Source: an uncultured Acidobacteriota bacterium
Lineage (GTDB): Bacteria > Acidobacteriota > Blastocatellia > RBC074
DNA: 64,000 nucleotides
Direction: 5' to 3'
Assembly (NCBI GenBank): GCA_963796275.1
Contig: CAWCKY010000007.1
Location: 768,001 to 832,000 of the forward strand
Part shown: piece by piece, positions 31,872 to 42,443 of the stretch
Layout of the letters: each line of letters starts with the position of its first letter
Numbering within the stretch: the first letter of the stretch is position 1
Program-made: the position numbers and the translations under genes
Notes under the pieces: generated by a model
The model's input: only the letters and a program-made list of their open reading frames with translations
Database searches by the model: none
What the model was told of the DNA's origin: nothing

Positions 31872-32786
31872 TTATTTGTAGGCGGTTTGCAATTGCGATT
31901 TTAGAAAAGCCAGATCGCGCTGAGCTGCAACTATAGTATTCTGTTCGATAGCTGCAGGGCTTTCGCCCGGGATGTCATATTCGAGATGGAGCGAGATCGG
32001 ACCTTGAAATTTGGCGAGCCGCAGCAATCTGAAATAAGCGTTCCAATCAACCATACCTTCACCTAGAGGGCAGTTGACTTGCTGCCAGCCTCTGCTCGTC
32101 TTATTCCAGTAGAAATCTTTGACTGCGATCATCTTGACCCGCGGCGCGATGAGATTGAATGCGATCTTCCACCCCGCTGAACCGCCTTCACAGACGGCGT
32201 GCCGCACGTCGAAATAATAGCCGGCCCATTTCGGTTCGAGCTGATCAATTGTATCAGCTACGTCCCAGAGTGACGCGCCGACGTAAGCCTCGTGATTGTG
32301 AAATCCGACTTGTATACCAAGCTGCTTGCTCAAATCAGACAGTGTGCGGAAATCTTTCATCGCCTTATCGAGTTCACGCCGCACATCTATAAATGAGTAT
32401 TTGTAATACCCCGGTTTGAAGTAGGGGATCGAAAGGCGGGCGGCAGTGGAGAGTATCGCCATGGCCGCCGGATCGGATGCTGATGTCAAAGCCGTCGTGA
32501 TCATCGGCACATTCAGCCCCGCCGCGCGGATAGCTGCGACAGCCTTCGGTAAATCTTCCCCCGCGCGTTCCGGCAGGACATGTCCTCCCGGTCGCACGGT
32601 CAGATCGACGCCTCCAAACCCGAGTTTTTTCACGGTCTCCGCCAGTCTGGCCGCATCCATTTTCGGTAAATGTTTTGAGAAGAAGCAAATATCGCCCGTG
32701 AAGCTCTGCGGCTGCCCCGCATCCTGGAAAACCGATGCGGCAGCGAAAGTGGAAGCGAATTTGAGAAAGTCGCGTCTGGTATTCAA
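31872..32786 (-). CDS. Sugar phosphate isomerase/epimerase (xylose-isomerase-like TIM barrel) with Tat signal
   Basis: TRRDFLK; [38 protein letters not shown]. Confidence 0.85.
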   Translation of the reverse strand: MNTRRDFLKFASTFAAASVFQDAGQPQSFTGDICFFSKHLPKMDAARLAETVKKLGFGGVDLTVRPGGHVLPERAGEDLPKAVAAIRAAGLNVPMITTALTSASDPAAMAILSTAARLSIPYFKPGYYKYSFIDVRRELDKAMKDFRTLSDLSKQLGIQVGFHNHEAYVGASLWDVADTIDQLEPKWAGYYFDVRHAVCEGGSAGWKIAFNLIAPRVKMIAVKDFYWNKTSRGWQQVNCPLGEGMVDWNAYFRLLRLAKFQGPISLHLEYDIPGESPAAIEQNTIVAAQRDLAFLKSQLQTAYK

Positions 32787-32822
32787 GGTGTCTCCTATAG
32801 TACGTCACGTTTCATAGCGGAA

Positions 32823-32878
32823 AGAGACGAGATGGGCAAGAGGTTGGCCGTTTTGTTCCGCCTGCCCATCTTGACTCT
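32823..32878. repeat. Intergenic hairpin with ~8-nt-period arms
   Basis: agagacgagatgggca (32823-32838) pairs with tgcccatcttgactct (32863-32878), 14 of 16 positions. Confidence 0.65.
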
Positions 32879-32912
32879 GCCCCTGCTCTTGGCCCTTTTT
32901 GTTATCTTGTAC

Positions 32913-34262
32913 TCAAACCGAAGATGGAAATTTATACGGCGCGCGATATTGATAGCTCAAAAGCTTATTCGCCGCCGTGTTGTTGGTAAACTTCTCGGAT
33001 TTGCCATCCCACTCGAGATAGGCTTTGAGTTTATAAGCGATATTGCCGAGCAGCGGGCCAGTGGTGCTTCTATGCCCCGTCTCAATGTCGCAGTTGGTTT
33101 CCCCGCGGCTACGAATGCAATCGAGAAAGTTCTTCGCATGGTCTGCGGTGTCTGAGCGCCCGTCGGACTTGCTACCCTCGATCATCGGTTTTGAGCCTCT
33201 GCGCCAGTTGTCGTGCGATCGGTCAAGCGGCGTGCGAGCGAAGAACTCATTGGGCGAGATGTTATCGGGAACGACCAGGTAGCCATTGCTTTTCAAATAT
33301 AGAGTCGCTTTTGTTCCGCGGAATTCGATCTCTCCGTTATTCAAACCGGCGGGCGGGGCGGTAGCGTTGAACTGTGAGAATGTAACCAGGGTCCCGCCTG
33401 GATAGGTCCAGAGCACTTCCAGGGTATCCGGTATCTCGCGATCATCTTCGATCGCATAATTGCCCCCCATCGCTGTGACCGCCGTTGGCGAGTCCTGACC
33501 GAGCGCCCATTGAATAAGGTCCATGTAATGTACGCCGAAATTCGTGAGCTGCCCGCCCGAATAATCCCAGAACCAGCGGAAGCGGTAGAAAGTTCGGTTT
33601 TTGTTGTACGACTTAGCCGGCGCAGGTCCGAGCCACACATCCCAGTCGAAATCCGCCGGCGGCTTCTCATTCTTCGGTTTGCCTATGCCATGCGGCCATT
33701 CGTTTTGAATATGAAATGCACGGACCGTCGTGATTTTACCGAGCTGTCCGCTGCGTACGATTTCGGCTGCCTCGCGGCAAAATATCGACGAGCGTCTGTT
33801 CAAACCGACCTGAGTTACGCGTTTATATTTGCGCGCAGCATCTATCATCTTGCGCCCTTCTGCGACGCAGAGAGAGAGCGGTTTTTCGATGTAAACATCT
33901 TTTTCCGCCTGGCAGGCATGAATAGTCTGCAATGCGTGCCAGTGATCGGGCGTGTTGATGACTACCGCATCGACATCTTTCAGATCGAGCAGTCTGCGAT
34001 AGTCTTTGAATTGCTTGGGGCTCGAGCCGATCTTTTTTGCTGCGAAATCTAGATATGGCTGATAGATATCGCAGATGGAGACCACTTCACAGTCTTTGTG
34101 TGTGAGAAATCCATCGAGCACTTGGTCGCCGCGGTTGCCGAGCGCAATGAAACCGACTCTGATCCGATCGTTCGCTCCGTGAATGTGGGAATAGCTCAGA
34201 GCTGAAGTGATGCCGGCAGTCGCAGCAGTCTTGGTAAAATCTCTTCGCGTTATTTTATTCAT
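32913..34262 (-). CDS. Gfo/Idh/MocA family oxidoreductase with Tat signal
   Basis: TRRDF; [28 protein letters not shown]. Confidence 0.92.
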   Translation of the reverse strand: MNKITRRDFTKTAATAGITSALSYSHIHGANDRIRVGFIALGNRGDQVLDGFLTHKDCEVVSICDIYQPYLDFAAKKIGSSPKQFKDYRRLLDLKDVDAVVINTPDHWHALQTIHACQAEKDVYIEKPLSLCVAEGRKMIDAARKYKRVTQVGLNRRSSIFCREAAEIVRSGQLGKITTVRAFHIQNEWPHGIGKPKNEKPPADFDWDVWLGPAPAKSYNKNRTFYRFRWFWDYSGGQLTNFGVHYMDLIQWALGQDSPTAVTAMGGNYAIEDDREIPDTLEVLWTYPGGTLVTFSQFNATAPPAGLNNGEIEFRGTKATLYLKSNGYLVVPDNISPNEFFARTPLDRSHDNWRRGSKPMIEGSKSDGRSDTADHAKNFLDCIRSRGETNCDIETGHRSTTGPLLGNIAYKLKAYLEWDGKSEKFTNNTAANKLLSYQYRAPYKFPSSV

Positions 34263-34344
34263 GAGTTAACCCCCTTGTGCGGAAAGTATAGGACAAACCG
34301 CCCGAAAAGTTGACTGAGCCCCGACGACTCACTAGGATTGATCT

Positions 34345-35181
34345 ATGATGGATAGCGATCGAACAACCATCGTAATCAGAGACCTGTTACTAACCGAAGA
34401 GATTTATCAGGTAGAAGAGCTGCAGAGGGAAGTTTGGGGAATAAGCGATCGCGACGTCACTCCGCTGACCCAACTTGTCGCAGCCCGAGAGGTCGGAGGC
34501 ATGCTCATCGGGGCATTCGATGGCGCCATGCTGGCAGGATTTGCCTACGGATTCACCGGTTATGAGGAGGGCGAAGTGACGATTCATTCGCATATGCTCG
34601 CCGTGAAGCCGGCCTATCGCAATCGAAATTTGGGTTACCGATTAAAGCTGGCGCAGCGTGAGCAGGCGTTGAGACGTGACATCAAGCGGATGACCTGGAC
34701 CTTCGACCCGCTTCAGAGCCTCAATGCGCATTTCAATATCAGCAAACTCGGCGCGGTGTCTAACCGGTATAAGATCAACTTTTACGGTGAAACGACCTCG
34801 AGTTTCTTACATCGCACCGGAACCGACCGCCTCTGGATTAATTGGCTGCTCGATAGCAGGCGCGTTCGTGATCGGATTGAAGGTTTGTCGAAAAACGAAG
34901 CGATTGAGATCGATAAAGATACGACATTTGTTCGAGTAGCATCAGACGGCTGGCCACGAATTAATGGCGCCAACGAATCGCTTGGACAGATGCGAGTCGT
35001 TATTGAGATACCATGGAGCATCGACACATTACAGCAATCGAAGCCGGACTTGGCGGCGAGATGGCGTGAAACAACGCGGCAGGCATTCAGTGAAGCTCTG
35101 GCAGCGGGGTTCGCGGTCGAGGAGTTTCATCGTACGGTCCGTGGAGGCCAGCAATTGGGAGCTTATCTGCTGAGAAGATAG
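34345..35181 (+). CDS. GNAT-superfamily acyltransferase (HSHMLAV / WTFDPL subfamily)
   Basis: LQREVWG, HSHMLAV.P.YRN..LG..LKLAQR, WTFDPLQ..NAHFN..KLG, TDRL. Confidence 0.85.
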   Translation: MMDSDRTTIVIRDLLLTEEIYQVEELQREVWGISDRDVTPLTQLVAAREVGGMLIGAFDGAMLAGFAYGFTGYEEGEVTIHSHMLAVKPAYRNRNLGYRLKLAQREQALRRDIKRMTWTFDPLQSLNAHFNISKLGAVSNRYKINFYGETTSSFLHRTGTDRLWINWLLDSRRVRDRIEGLSKNEAIEIDKDTTFVRVASDGWPRINGANESLGQMRVVIEIPWSIDTLQQSKPDLAARWRETTRQAFSEALAAGFAVEEFHRTVRGGQQLGAYLLRR

Positions 35182-35206
35182 ATTCTCTTTTGTTTCCCGC
35201 AATCTG

Positions 35207-35407
35207 AACGGAAACTTGTTCGCAGTTCCCGCCTTCCGGCGGTCGGGAAACTACGAGAGAAAAAGACCGCGTAAACGCGGAACTCCAAACGGAACATGTT
35301 CGGAGTTTCGCCTTCAGGCGGTCGGGAATCATGCGAAAGAAAAAGAACCGCGTAAACGCGGAACTCCAAACGGAACATGTTGCATAAACGCAGAACTCCG
35401 AACGGAA
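35207..35407. repeat. BIME-like mosaic of REP-like palindromes (two ~81-bp units plus a partial unit)
   Basis: Each unit has gttcggagttt/ccgccttcaggcgg and the inverted ccgcgtaaacgcggaactccaaac, joined by a ggaacatgtt linker; lies between convergent genes. Confidence 0.85.
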
Positions 35408-35435
35408 GATGTATGGCGAGTTGAGTGTTAATTGT

Positions 35436-36263
35436 TCAAATGTCGCCACTTGACAGAAAAAACTCAGTTTTTAGGTGGTAAACTCCGTTCGACGGCGAAA
35501 TAGCATAGCCTTCAGCCACAAGCGCTCGGTTGCCGATCCCGGCCTCCGGTCTTGATAAACCCGTCACTTTAGCCAATTCACCTGGCAAGGTCATCCCGGC
35601 GCCGTCCAAAAATGCTCTCGCGAGCTCCCGCAGCGCAGACGTGCGATCGAACTTCTGCGAGAGTTCTTCGGGAAACCTGGCTTCTGCGAGAGTCCAGATA
35701 TATGTAAATTTCGGCATGTAAACGGCTTCGGCAGGGATTACTATCATCGCTTCCTGTAATTCATCGATGGCCTTGGTGAACGTCTTACGGTCTTTCACGC
35801 CCGATTCCTCCCGCAGGTCGGAGGACGCCATCTCCCACTCTTTACGGAGCGCCTTCAAAATGGCAAGAGCCGGCGCGCTCAATTCTCTCTTTTCCTGCTG
35901 TTTCGAAATACCAAAGAGCGCATGGAAGATGGGAATCAATCGCGGCGCAATAAACATCGTTTTTCCGCGCCTGAGTTTCCCGTAATAAATTTTACCCCGT
36001 CGTAGTATCTCGTCTTTTAACACCCATGTACGCGAGCTCTCAGGATCTTTCTGAACATTGTGCGGCATGACCGCATCGCGCCGGCCGCAGACGGCGATGT
36101 AGAGTGAGGGGCCGGGTTGCCGCGAGTCGGTTAAGCAGGCAGTAAATCCTACTCGCTCGATGAACCGTTCGGCTTCGAGAGCCGTCTCGATCCTTGAGGT
36201 ACCCTCGCGATGCCATCGCAGATCACGGTGCTCATCGATTTCAGGCGGCAAGGTTTGTAGCAT
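35436..36263 (-). CDS. AlkZ-related winged-helix protein (possible DNA glycosylase/crosslink repair)
   Basis: A..FIERVGF...PSL...W..KD...RG.IYYGKL..GK.MFIA pattern and C-terminal wHTH-like segments. Start uncertain (36263/36275). Confidence 0.55.
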   Translation of the reverse strand: MLQTLPPEIDEHRDLRWHREGTSRIETALEAERFIERVGFTACLTDSRQPGPSLYIAVCGRRDAVMPHNVQKDPESSRTWVLKDEILRRGKIYYGKLRRGKTMFIAPRLIPIFHALFGISKQQEKRELSAPALAILKALRKEWEMASSDLREESGVKDRKTFTKAIDELQEAMIVIPAEAVYMPKFTYIWTLAEARFPEELSQKFDRTSALRELARAFLDGAGMTLPGELAKVTGLSRPEAGIGNRALVAEGYAISPSNGVYHLKTEFFLSSGDI

Positions 36264-36447
36264 CGCTGAACGCATCGCCGAACGGTAGCGCAATTTGCGA
36301 AAATGCGCTACATTTCGCCGGCCATCGATTTTGAAAATAGTCGCCAGTTTTTGCACGCTGTTTTCGCCCGCTTTTATCAATCGCATAACGGAACTCTACA
36401 CTCGCGGTCTCTACCTCCAAGCATATAATACCGCGGTTGTTTACCAT

Positions 36448-38133
36448 TTATTCGACTTTATTCGTCGCCATCCGCTTGATAATAAACAGTGTGATATCGT
36501 CGTACTGCGGCGCCGATCCGGCGAATCGATCGATCTCGTCATAGACTATGTTCACGATCATTTCTGACGGTTGATTGGCGATGGGGCGCAAAATCGCCGC
36601 CAGCCGCGCCTCGCCGAATTCGTTCTCGTCTTCGTTCTGCGCCTCGGTCACACCGTCGGAGAAGAGAGAGATCAGATCGCCAGGGTTAAGCTCGAAACTC
36701 TGTTCTTCATAAGGTGCATTCATATCGAGCAGATCAGGAGGGATTAACCCGAATGGGGTCCCGGTCGATTTGAGCCACTCAGCTTCACCGTCTGAGCGCA
36801 ACAACAAGCAATCGGTGTGACCTGCGCTGACATAGCGGCCCGTCCCGGTCGCCGGATCGAGTTCGAGCAGGATCGCAGTAACGTATTTGTTCGATGGAGT
36901 AGTTGCGTAGAGCAGTGCATTGGTGTGAGCCGCCAGCTCGGTGAGCGATGGTATTCGCCCCAATAACGCGCGCAGCGTCGCCTGCATATTGCTCATCAAT
37001 AAGGAAGCGGGCAGCCCTTTCCCGGAGACATCGGCAACGCAGATGAGATGCACGCTCTGCCCGAGATGAGACGTGGCTGCCAGTGCATCATAGTAGTCTC
37101 CTCCGCAAACGCGCGCGGGACGATTGCGCGCCGCCATATCGTAATTGGGAACCCGAGGTAAATGGGCAGGGAAGAGGTTCTGCTGAATCGTGGCTGCGAG
37201 CGCCAGTTCCTGCTCGACCTTTCTGCGGTCGATAGCTTCCCGGAAATACCAGGAATTTTCAAAAGCTACCGCCGCCTGTGTGACCAACCCGATACCGAAC
37301 TCCAGGTCTGACTCGCTGTATGCAAGCGATCCGGGCCTGGGTCCTAGTACGACAATGCCGCCGGTCGTCTCATCGCCGGCATTTATCTGAAAGATCACTT
37401 CTGCTTGCTCTGCCATCAAAACCTCACGGAGTTCGCTCTCCGGGAGATCAGCGACTTTCATCGCATCGGGAAAGTTGTTCAACTGGGATCTATAAATTTT
37501 GTGATCGAGATTGATCTCTATGCCTTTTCGCCGAGTTACCGTTGGATGTCCATCCTTCCAGGCGACGAGCGCATATCTCCGGATCGCCCACCGCCCGGCG
37601 AGCGTGAGCATCAGCAGCTGAGCGACTTCGTCTGGTTCGAGCGTGGATGTCAGGCCTCTACCCAGGTCGAGCAGGGTTTTCAATTCCTGCACCTTTTGAT
37701 CGAGCGCCTGGTTGAGCTCATTAGCCGCGGCGTGGGCGCGAGCATTGGCGATGCCGCTCGCGGCGATCCCCAACTGCGCTCGTAGAAAATCGCACTCTTC
37801 CTGTCCGATCTCTTTTTTCAGCGGCCGGTTGATGGCGAGCAGACCGACCGGGCTGTTTACCTCACCAATATGCATGATCACATCGATCCCATGAGCGCGC
37901 GCTTTCGTTTCATCGAAGACCTCTCCGCCGGCGAATTTAGGCAAGCCGCGTACCAGCTCTATTCGCATTACTCCGTCTTTGGCTACCGCAATCAATCCTT
38001 TGCTCGCCAGCAGGCGTCCCATTACGGAGCGTAGCAGATGGCGCAGGAGCCCATCGAGATCGAGCGATGAGTGGAGCAGTTGAGCGGATTCGAGTAATGC
38101 TTCAAGCCGGGATTCGCCGAGAGATGATGTCAT
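36448..38133 (-). CDS. SpoIIE/RsbU-type PP2C phosphatase with GAF domains
   Basis: [26 protein letters not shown]; N-terminal GAF-like regions. Confidence 0.92.
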   Translation of the reverse strand: MTSSLGESRLEALLESAQLLHSSLDLDGLLRHLLRSVMGRLLASKGLIAVAKDGVMRIELVRGLPKFAGGEVFDETKARAHGIDVIMHIGEVNSPVGLLAINRPLKKEIGQEECDFLRAQLGIAASGIANARAHAAANELNQALDQKVQELKTLLDLGRGLTSTLEPDEVAQLLMLTLAGRWAIRRYALVAWKDGHPTVTRRKGIEINLDHKIYRSQLNNFPDAMKVADLPESELREVLMAEQAEVIFQINAGDETTGGIVVLGPRPGSLAYSESDLEFGIGLVTQAAVAFENSWYFREAIDRRKVEQELALAATIQQNLFPAHLPRVPNYDMAARNRPARVCGGDYYDALAATSHLGQSVHLICVADVSGKGLPASLLMSNMQATLRALLGRIPSLTELAAHTNALLYATTPSNKYVTAILLELDPATGTGRYVSAGHTDCLLLRSDGEAEWLKSTGTPFGLIPPDLLDMNAPYEEQSFELNPGDLISLFSDGVTEAQNEDENEFGEARLAAILRPIANQPSEMIVNIVYDEIDRFAGSAPQYDDITLFIIKRMATNKVE

Positions 38134-38226
38134 AAGTGGCTGTGCGTTATTAGAGGTGATGAAGCGGAAAGAGAAGTGGCTCAATGTCCATTGCTTTCTA
38201 GTTCACTGATCTTCATCAGCCATCGG

Positions 38227-38661
38227 TTATTCTTTTCGTATCTTTTTGGTCATATGTAGTTCGTTTTTTTGACCCGGGACGATCTCGTAACTCACATCGT
38301 CCATCAATGACTTGATCAGTCGAAACCCCAGGCCGCCGGATTTGCGCTTCGCGACGAGTTGTTCCACTGTATCAACGTCGACTTTCGCCGGATCGAAGCC
38401 GCGGCCTGAATCAATGACCGAAATGCGCACTTCATCTTCATCGAAGACCGCACGGACGTCTACCTCTTTACTGATATCGTGACCGTAAGCATGTTCGATA
38501 ACATTGGCGCATGCTTCATCGACGGCCAGCTCAAGTTTCGCAACATCTTCATCGCTCATTTTTGCCTGTTTGCCGACGGTCGTGACAAACTCCCGGATGA
38601 GCGCGAGATTCTCGGTCGATGAGGGAACCTGCAGTTTGAATTTTCTTTCGATGGGAGCCAT
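38227..38661 (-). CDS. RsbW-type anti-sigma factor / Ser kinase (HATPase)
   Basis: [35 protein letters not shown]; RBS GGAGG before ATG 38661. Confidence 0.92.
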   Translation of the reverse strand: MAPIERKFKLQVPSSTENLALIREFVTTVGKQAKMSDEDVAKLELAVDEACANVIEHAYGHDISKEVDVRAVFDEDEVRISVIDSGRGFDPAKVDVDTVEQLVAKRKSGGLGFRLIKSLMDDVSYEIVPGQKNELHMTKKIRKE

Positions 38662-38698
38662 CCGATGCCCTCCGAAGGATGAACAGACCGGTGAGAAG

Positions 38699-39052
38699 TT
38701 AACTCGCTGAGAACCGGGCGACAGCTGCCGGTTGATCTTCGAGCATTTCGAAGAGATCTTGAAAACCCAGAATCTCGAATGTATGTTTGACCTTCGGCGC
38801 GAGTCCGCAAATCTTGATGTCGCCACCTCGCTCGCGAACCTCCTCGATGAAACTCATAAATACACCTAGACCAGCCGAAGAGATGTAAGTCAACTTTTCG
38901 CAATTTACGATGAGATGGTGACGGCCAGCCTCTATCTCGGCTTGAATTGCGTTTTCAAACTGCGGTGCTGTGTGAGCGTCGACGAAGCCCTCGAGGATAA
39001 TGATCGACAGACGGGCATCGTTGGTCGTTTGTATGGAAAATGGATTTGCCAC
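38699..39052 (-). CDS. RsbV-type anti-sigma-factor antagonist (STAS)
   Basis: [15 protein letters not shown] (phospho-Ser motif), FEILG; RBS AAGGAG. Confidence 0.93.
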   Translation of the reverse strand: MANPFSIQTTNDARLSIIILEGFVDAHTAPQFENAIQAEIEAGRHHLIVNCEKLTYISSAGLGVFMSFIEEVRERGGDIKICGLAPKVKHTFEILGFQDLFEMLEDQPAAVARFSAS

Positions 39053-39165
39053 GCGGAAATTCTCCTTGAAAGCGTTGTTATATTAGCCATAATCATTTGA
39101 CCACGCAACGGAATGCCGTATGCACGGGCCCGAGTTTAGCGATAATACGGGACCGGTAAAATAGC

Positions 39166-41817
39166 TTGAAGAGAGAACTGACAGCCATGATAAGAATTCT
39201 CGGATCGATCGGCGGCACCATATTTTTCGCCGTGATGCTCACGCATGTCGGCTCAAACTTTTACGAAAACTTGGTGGAGCGGAAAGCCTATAGCCGGCGA
39301 GGGTGGGAAGCAACTCAAGTAAACGGTAAACCGACTATCTACACGGTCGATGCTGACGGACCGGCTGTGGCCTTACACAGCGGCGATGAAGTGGTCTCGC
39401 TCGCGGTCGAGCCGCAGAACGCTTGCCCCATATTGAATAGAAATGAGTGCACAGTACCGGCGGGTACGGGATATAAACTGGTCATTCGCCGAGACGGAGA
39501 GACGCTGGCGTTCGACCTCGCGACTGCGCCGGACCGGCTGAGCAGCCAGCTCATCGACTTCGCTGCTTATCTGCTCATCGCGACTTTCGTTATCACCGGA
39601 TTAACGATCCTTCTGCTAAAACCCGATGATAAACAAGTATGGTTATTGGCGCTGATGCTGGGCACTTTCACCGGGTTCTTCTCCTCGGGATCTCTGGCTT
39701 TTCTGCCCAATTGGGCGCAGTTTCTATCTCAACTGGCGCGTGGTTGCGCCAACGCGTTCTTTCCCTTGTTCCTGCATTTCTTCCTGATCTTTCCCCAAAG
39801 CGGGCCTTGGGTGCGTCGTTTCCCACGCCTAGTGTTCTGGCTTTACGTCCCATTTCTGATACTGATTTTACCGATCAACATCGTACAACGTCTGGGCGGT
39901 CAAAACTTGATCGCCGCCATCCCCGGGACCAAATTCATCAGCATATTCGCGGCGTTATTGATTATCACCTATCTGGTTTTAGGTCTGGCTGTTATGGCCG
40001 TGAACTATCGAGCCGCGGACTCGGTCAATAGACGCCGAACTCGCGTGATTCTGGTCGGATGCGGCACCGGGGTTCTGAGCTTTCTGCTCCTTATTGGCAG
40101 CCAGATGCTTGGGTTGAATCGTACATATCCCAAAGTTTTTGACCTCTTCATCTATGCAATGCTGGCAACCCTCCCATTGATCCCGCTTTCGATCGTATAC
40201 GCGATTATTCGCCATCAGGTGATCCCCATCAGCCTGCTTATGCGCCGCGGCGTGCGATACCTGCTAGTCTCACGCGGATCGATCCTGCTTGAGTTGATCG
40301 TCGTCATCGTCGCCGTCACCGCCGTGCTCACCTATATCTTCAGCCGGTCGAAGCCTTCGGGAATGGTCATCGGATTGGTCTCCGCCGGCGTCGGGGTATC
40401 CGCATGGAAAATTTCAGAAACCCTGCATGACAAATATCTCGCGCCGCTCATCGATCGCCGTTTCTTCCGCCAATCATACGATGCGCATCAGATCATCGCC
40501 GAACTGACGCATTCGCTGCGCACCGTCACCGAATTGCCGCAGCTTCTCGATCTGGTCGCGACAAAGATTCAATCCGCACTCCAGACAGAGCACGTGACGA
40601 TCTTTCTGAGGGATACTGTAACGGGAAACTTCAACAGCGCTTATTCAAACGATAACAGTGGATCCAGAATTGCCGCACCTCATCCCCAAGACGGTCACCT
40701 GGTCAGATATGCCCGGATGGTCGAACACCTCGACCATCTCGGTAAATTCATGAGCGGGTCAAAAATCTCCGAATATAGGAAACTTGAGTCTGATAACGGC
40801 CGCCCGGTAGAAATCGGGCACGATGATTTTTTTAGCGAATATGATGGTGCCGCTCTACTGATGCCGTTATTGTCGAAGGATGAGATGTTGGGGATCGTAT
40901 CCCTGGGGCCACGTTTGGGCGACCTGCCCTTTTCGCGCGAGGACAAGCAGCTATTGATGAGCGTCAGTGGTCCTACCACGCTCGCTATCGAGAATGCGCG
41001 ATTGGTCGAACAGATGGTCACCGAGGCTCGGCGTCTGCAGGAGATAGAGGTTGACCATCGTCGCAAGACGGAAGAGCTGGTCGTCGCCCGCCAGCTTCAG
41101 CTTTCGATGCTGCCCACGCGCAATATCATGCTCGGCAACATTGAGATCATCGGCCGGATGCGCACTGCGAGCGAGGTCGGCGGTGACTACTATGATTTCA
41201 TAGAAATGACGGAAGGCCGAATTTGCATCGCTGTAGGAGATGCCACCGGTCACGGGATGGCGGCAGGGCTGGTGGTTGGGATGGTAAAAATGGGATTGAT
41301 AAACGGACTGCCAAAGCTCAACGGTAGTATGAGCATCAAACCGCTGGTCGAGGATTTGAACCGCGCACTGAAACGCTCTCTTTCACGCCGCGGCATGGGA
41401 ATGTGCCTCGGCGCGGCAATCCTGGAAACTTCTACGCTAAAAGTGCAACTCTTCTCGAACGGAATGCCGGCGCCATACCACTACCGGTTTGCCGATCGCA
41501 ATCTGTTGCAGATCGCGACTCATGCGCCGCCCTTGGGATTTCTGCGTGAGGTCAGTGTGCGGCCGGTCGAGATACAAATGCAGTCGGGAGATGCGTTGCT
41601 CTGGTTGAGCGATGGATTCGAAGAGCGCTTGAATCGGGTGAACGAAGTTTGGGGGAGAGAACATGTTGCGCAGGCGCTGGAGCGCATTTGTGGTGATGAA
41701 TCGTCCGCTGACGTCATCGTCCTACGGATGCTCGAAGCCTGCGACCTGGCAGCTGAGGGCCGTAGCAATCACGACGACATGACGATCGTCGTCATCAAAG
41801 TTCGAGAATGCAATTAA
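39166..41817 (+). CDS. Membrane sensor SpoIIE phosphatase (PDZ-like periplasmic domain, multi-TM, GAF, PP2C)
   Basis: VDADGPA..LHSGD PDZ-like segment, many TM helices, IDRRFFR, GGDYYD, GDATGHG, SDG, DDMT. Confidence 0.88.
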   Translation: MKRELTAMIRILGSIGGTIFFAVMLTHVGSNFYENLVERKAYSRRGWEATQVNGKPTIYTVDADGPAVALHSGDEVVSLAVEPQNACPILNRNECTVPAGTGYKLVIRRDGETLAFDLATAPDRLSSQLIDFAAYLLIATFVITGLTILLLKPDDKQVWLLALMLGTFTGFFSSGSLAFLPNWAQFLSQLARGCANAFFPLFLHFFLIFPQSGPWVRRFPRLVFWLYVPFLILILPINIVQRLGGQNLIAAIPGTKFISIFAALLIITYLVLGLAVMAVNYRAADSVNRRRTRVILVGCGTGVLSFLLLIGSQMLGLNRTYPKVFDLFIYAMLATLPLIPLSIVYAIIRHQVIPISLLMRRGVRYLLVSRGSILLELIVVIVAVTAVLTYIFSRSKPSGMVIGLVSAGVGVSAWKISETLHDKYLAPLIDRRFFRQSYDAHQIIAELTHSLRTVTELPQLLDLVATKIQSALQTEHVTIFLRDTVTGNFNSAYSNDNSGSRIAAPHPQDGHLVRYARMVEHLDHLGKFMSGSKISEYRKLESDNGRPVEIGHDDFFSEYDGAALLMPLLSKDEMLGIVSLGPRLGDLPFSREDKQLLMSVSGPTTLAIENARLVEQMVTEARRLQEIEVDHRRKTEELVVARQLQLSMLPTRNIMLGNIEIIGRMRTASEVGGDYYDFIEMTEGRICIAVGDATGHGMAAGLVVGMVKMGLINGLPKLNGSMSIKPLVEDLNRALKRSLSRRGMGMCLGAAILETSTLKVQLFSNGMPAPYHYRFADRNLLQIATHAPPLGFLREVSVRPVEIQMQSGDALLWLSDGFEERLNRVNEVWGREHVAQALERICGDESSADVIVLRMLEACDLAAEGRSNHDDMTIVVIKVRECN

Positions 41818-41883
41818 CTAGAAAAAGATTGGAAGATTCATCGCTGCCTTCTGGTATACTGAAATAGCCCGACGAAAGGTCAA

Positions 41884-41911
41884 CGACTGACGACTGACGA
41901 CTGACGAACTG
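41884..41911. repeat. (CGACTGA)n heptamer tandem array
   Basis: acgactgacgactgacgactgacgaactga. Confidence 0.75.
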
Positions 41912-42443
41912 ATTTAAGGCGGCCCCTCCGGCGCACGCTACGATAGAAGCCAATATCGCTGCCGCCATACTTCCACGAAAGCCGGTCACGAAAGCCGGTA
42001 ATGATAAGAGATATACTTCCTCCTTAAAATAAACCGAAAAATTTGGAAGATATATCGGACGATATAAAACGATATCGAGATAGCAGATATATATATATAT
42101 AGAAGATATACAAGCATAAAAAGCGATATCGTCTGAATATCATCCTCCGCAGGCAGTTCGCTCGTCGAACGCGGTTAGGTTTTATTCGGGAAAGGTGATG
42201 AAGAGGGAACTGGCGCCTCTTTGAAGAGTAAGGCTTCAGTCCAAAATGATCGATCAATGTGAATAATGATCGACCAACGTGGATTCTGTGATCTATCCTC
42301 CGGAATAGAACAATAGTGCGGTTCCTCGACGGGATGCCGCATCTCTCCTCGACTTCTACAATAAATCATCGCTGACCCGGCTGAATAATATTGTACATAT
42401 GTGACTGTTGCGACTGCTCAACGTGTTGACGAAATACATAGAG

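Noticed and set aside
34345-35181. GNAT plus nearby enolase-family gene as an N-succinylamino-acid racemase pathway
   Set aside because: The enolase-family protein is Tat-tagged, longer, in a separate divergent operon and does not look like OSBS/NSAR.
36268-36283. GAAC/GTTC direct repeat upstream of the AlkZ-like gene as a GTTC-N7-GTTC LexA box
   Set aside because: The spacer is 8 nt rather than 7, and it overlaps a possible start codon.
41818-42407. Replication origin
   Set aside because: Only one consensus DnaA box and no dnaA/dnaN/gidA context; skew could not be computed.
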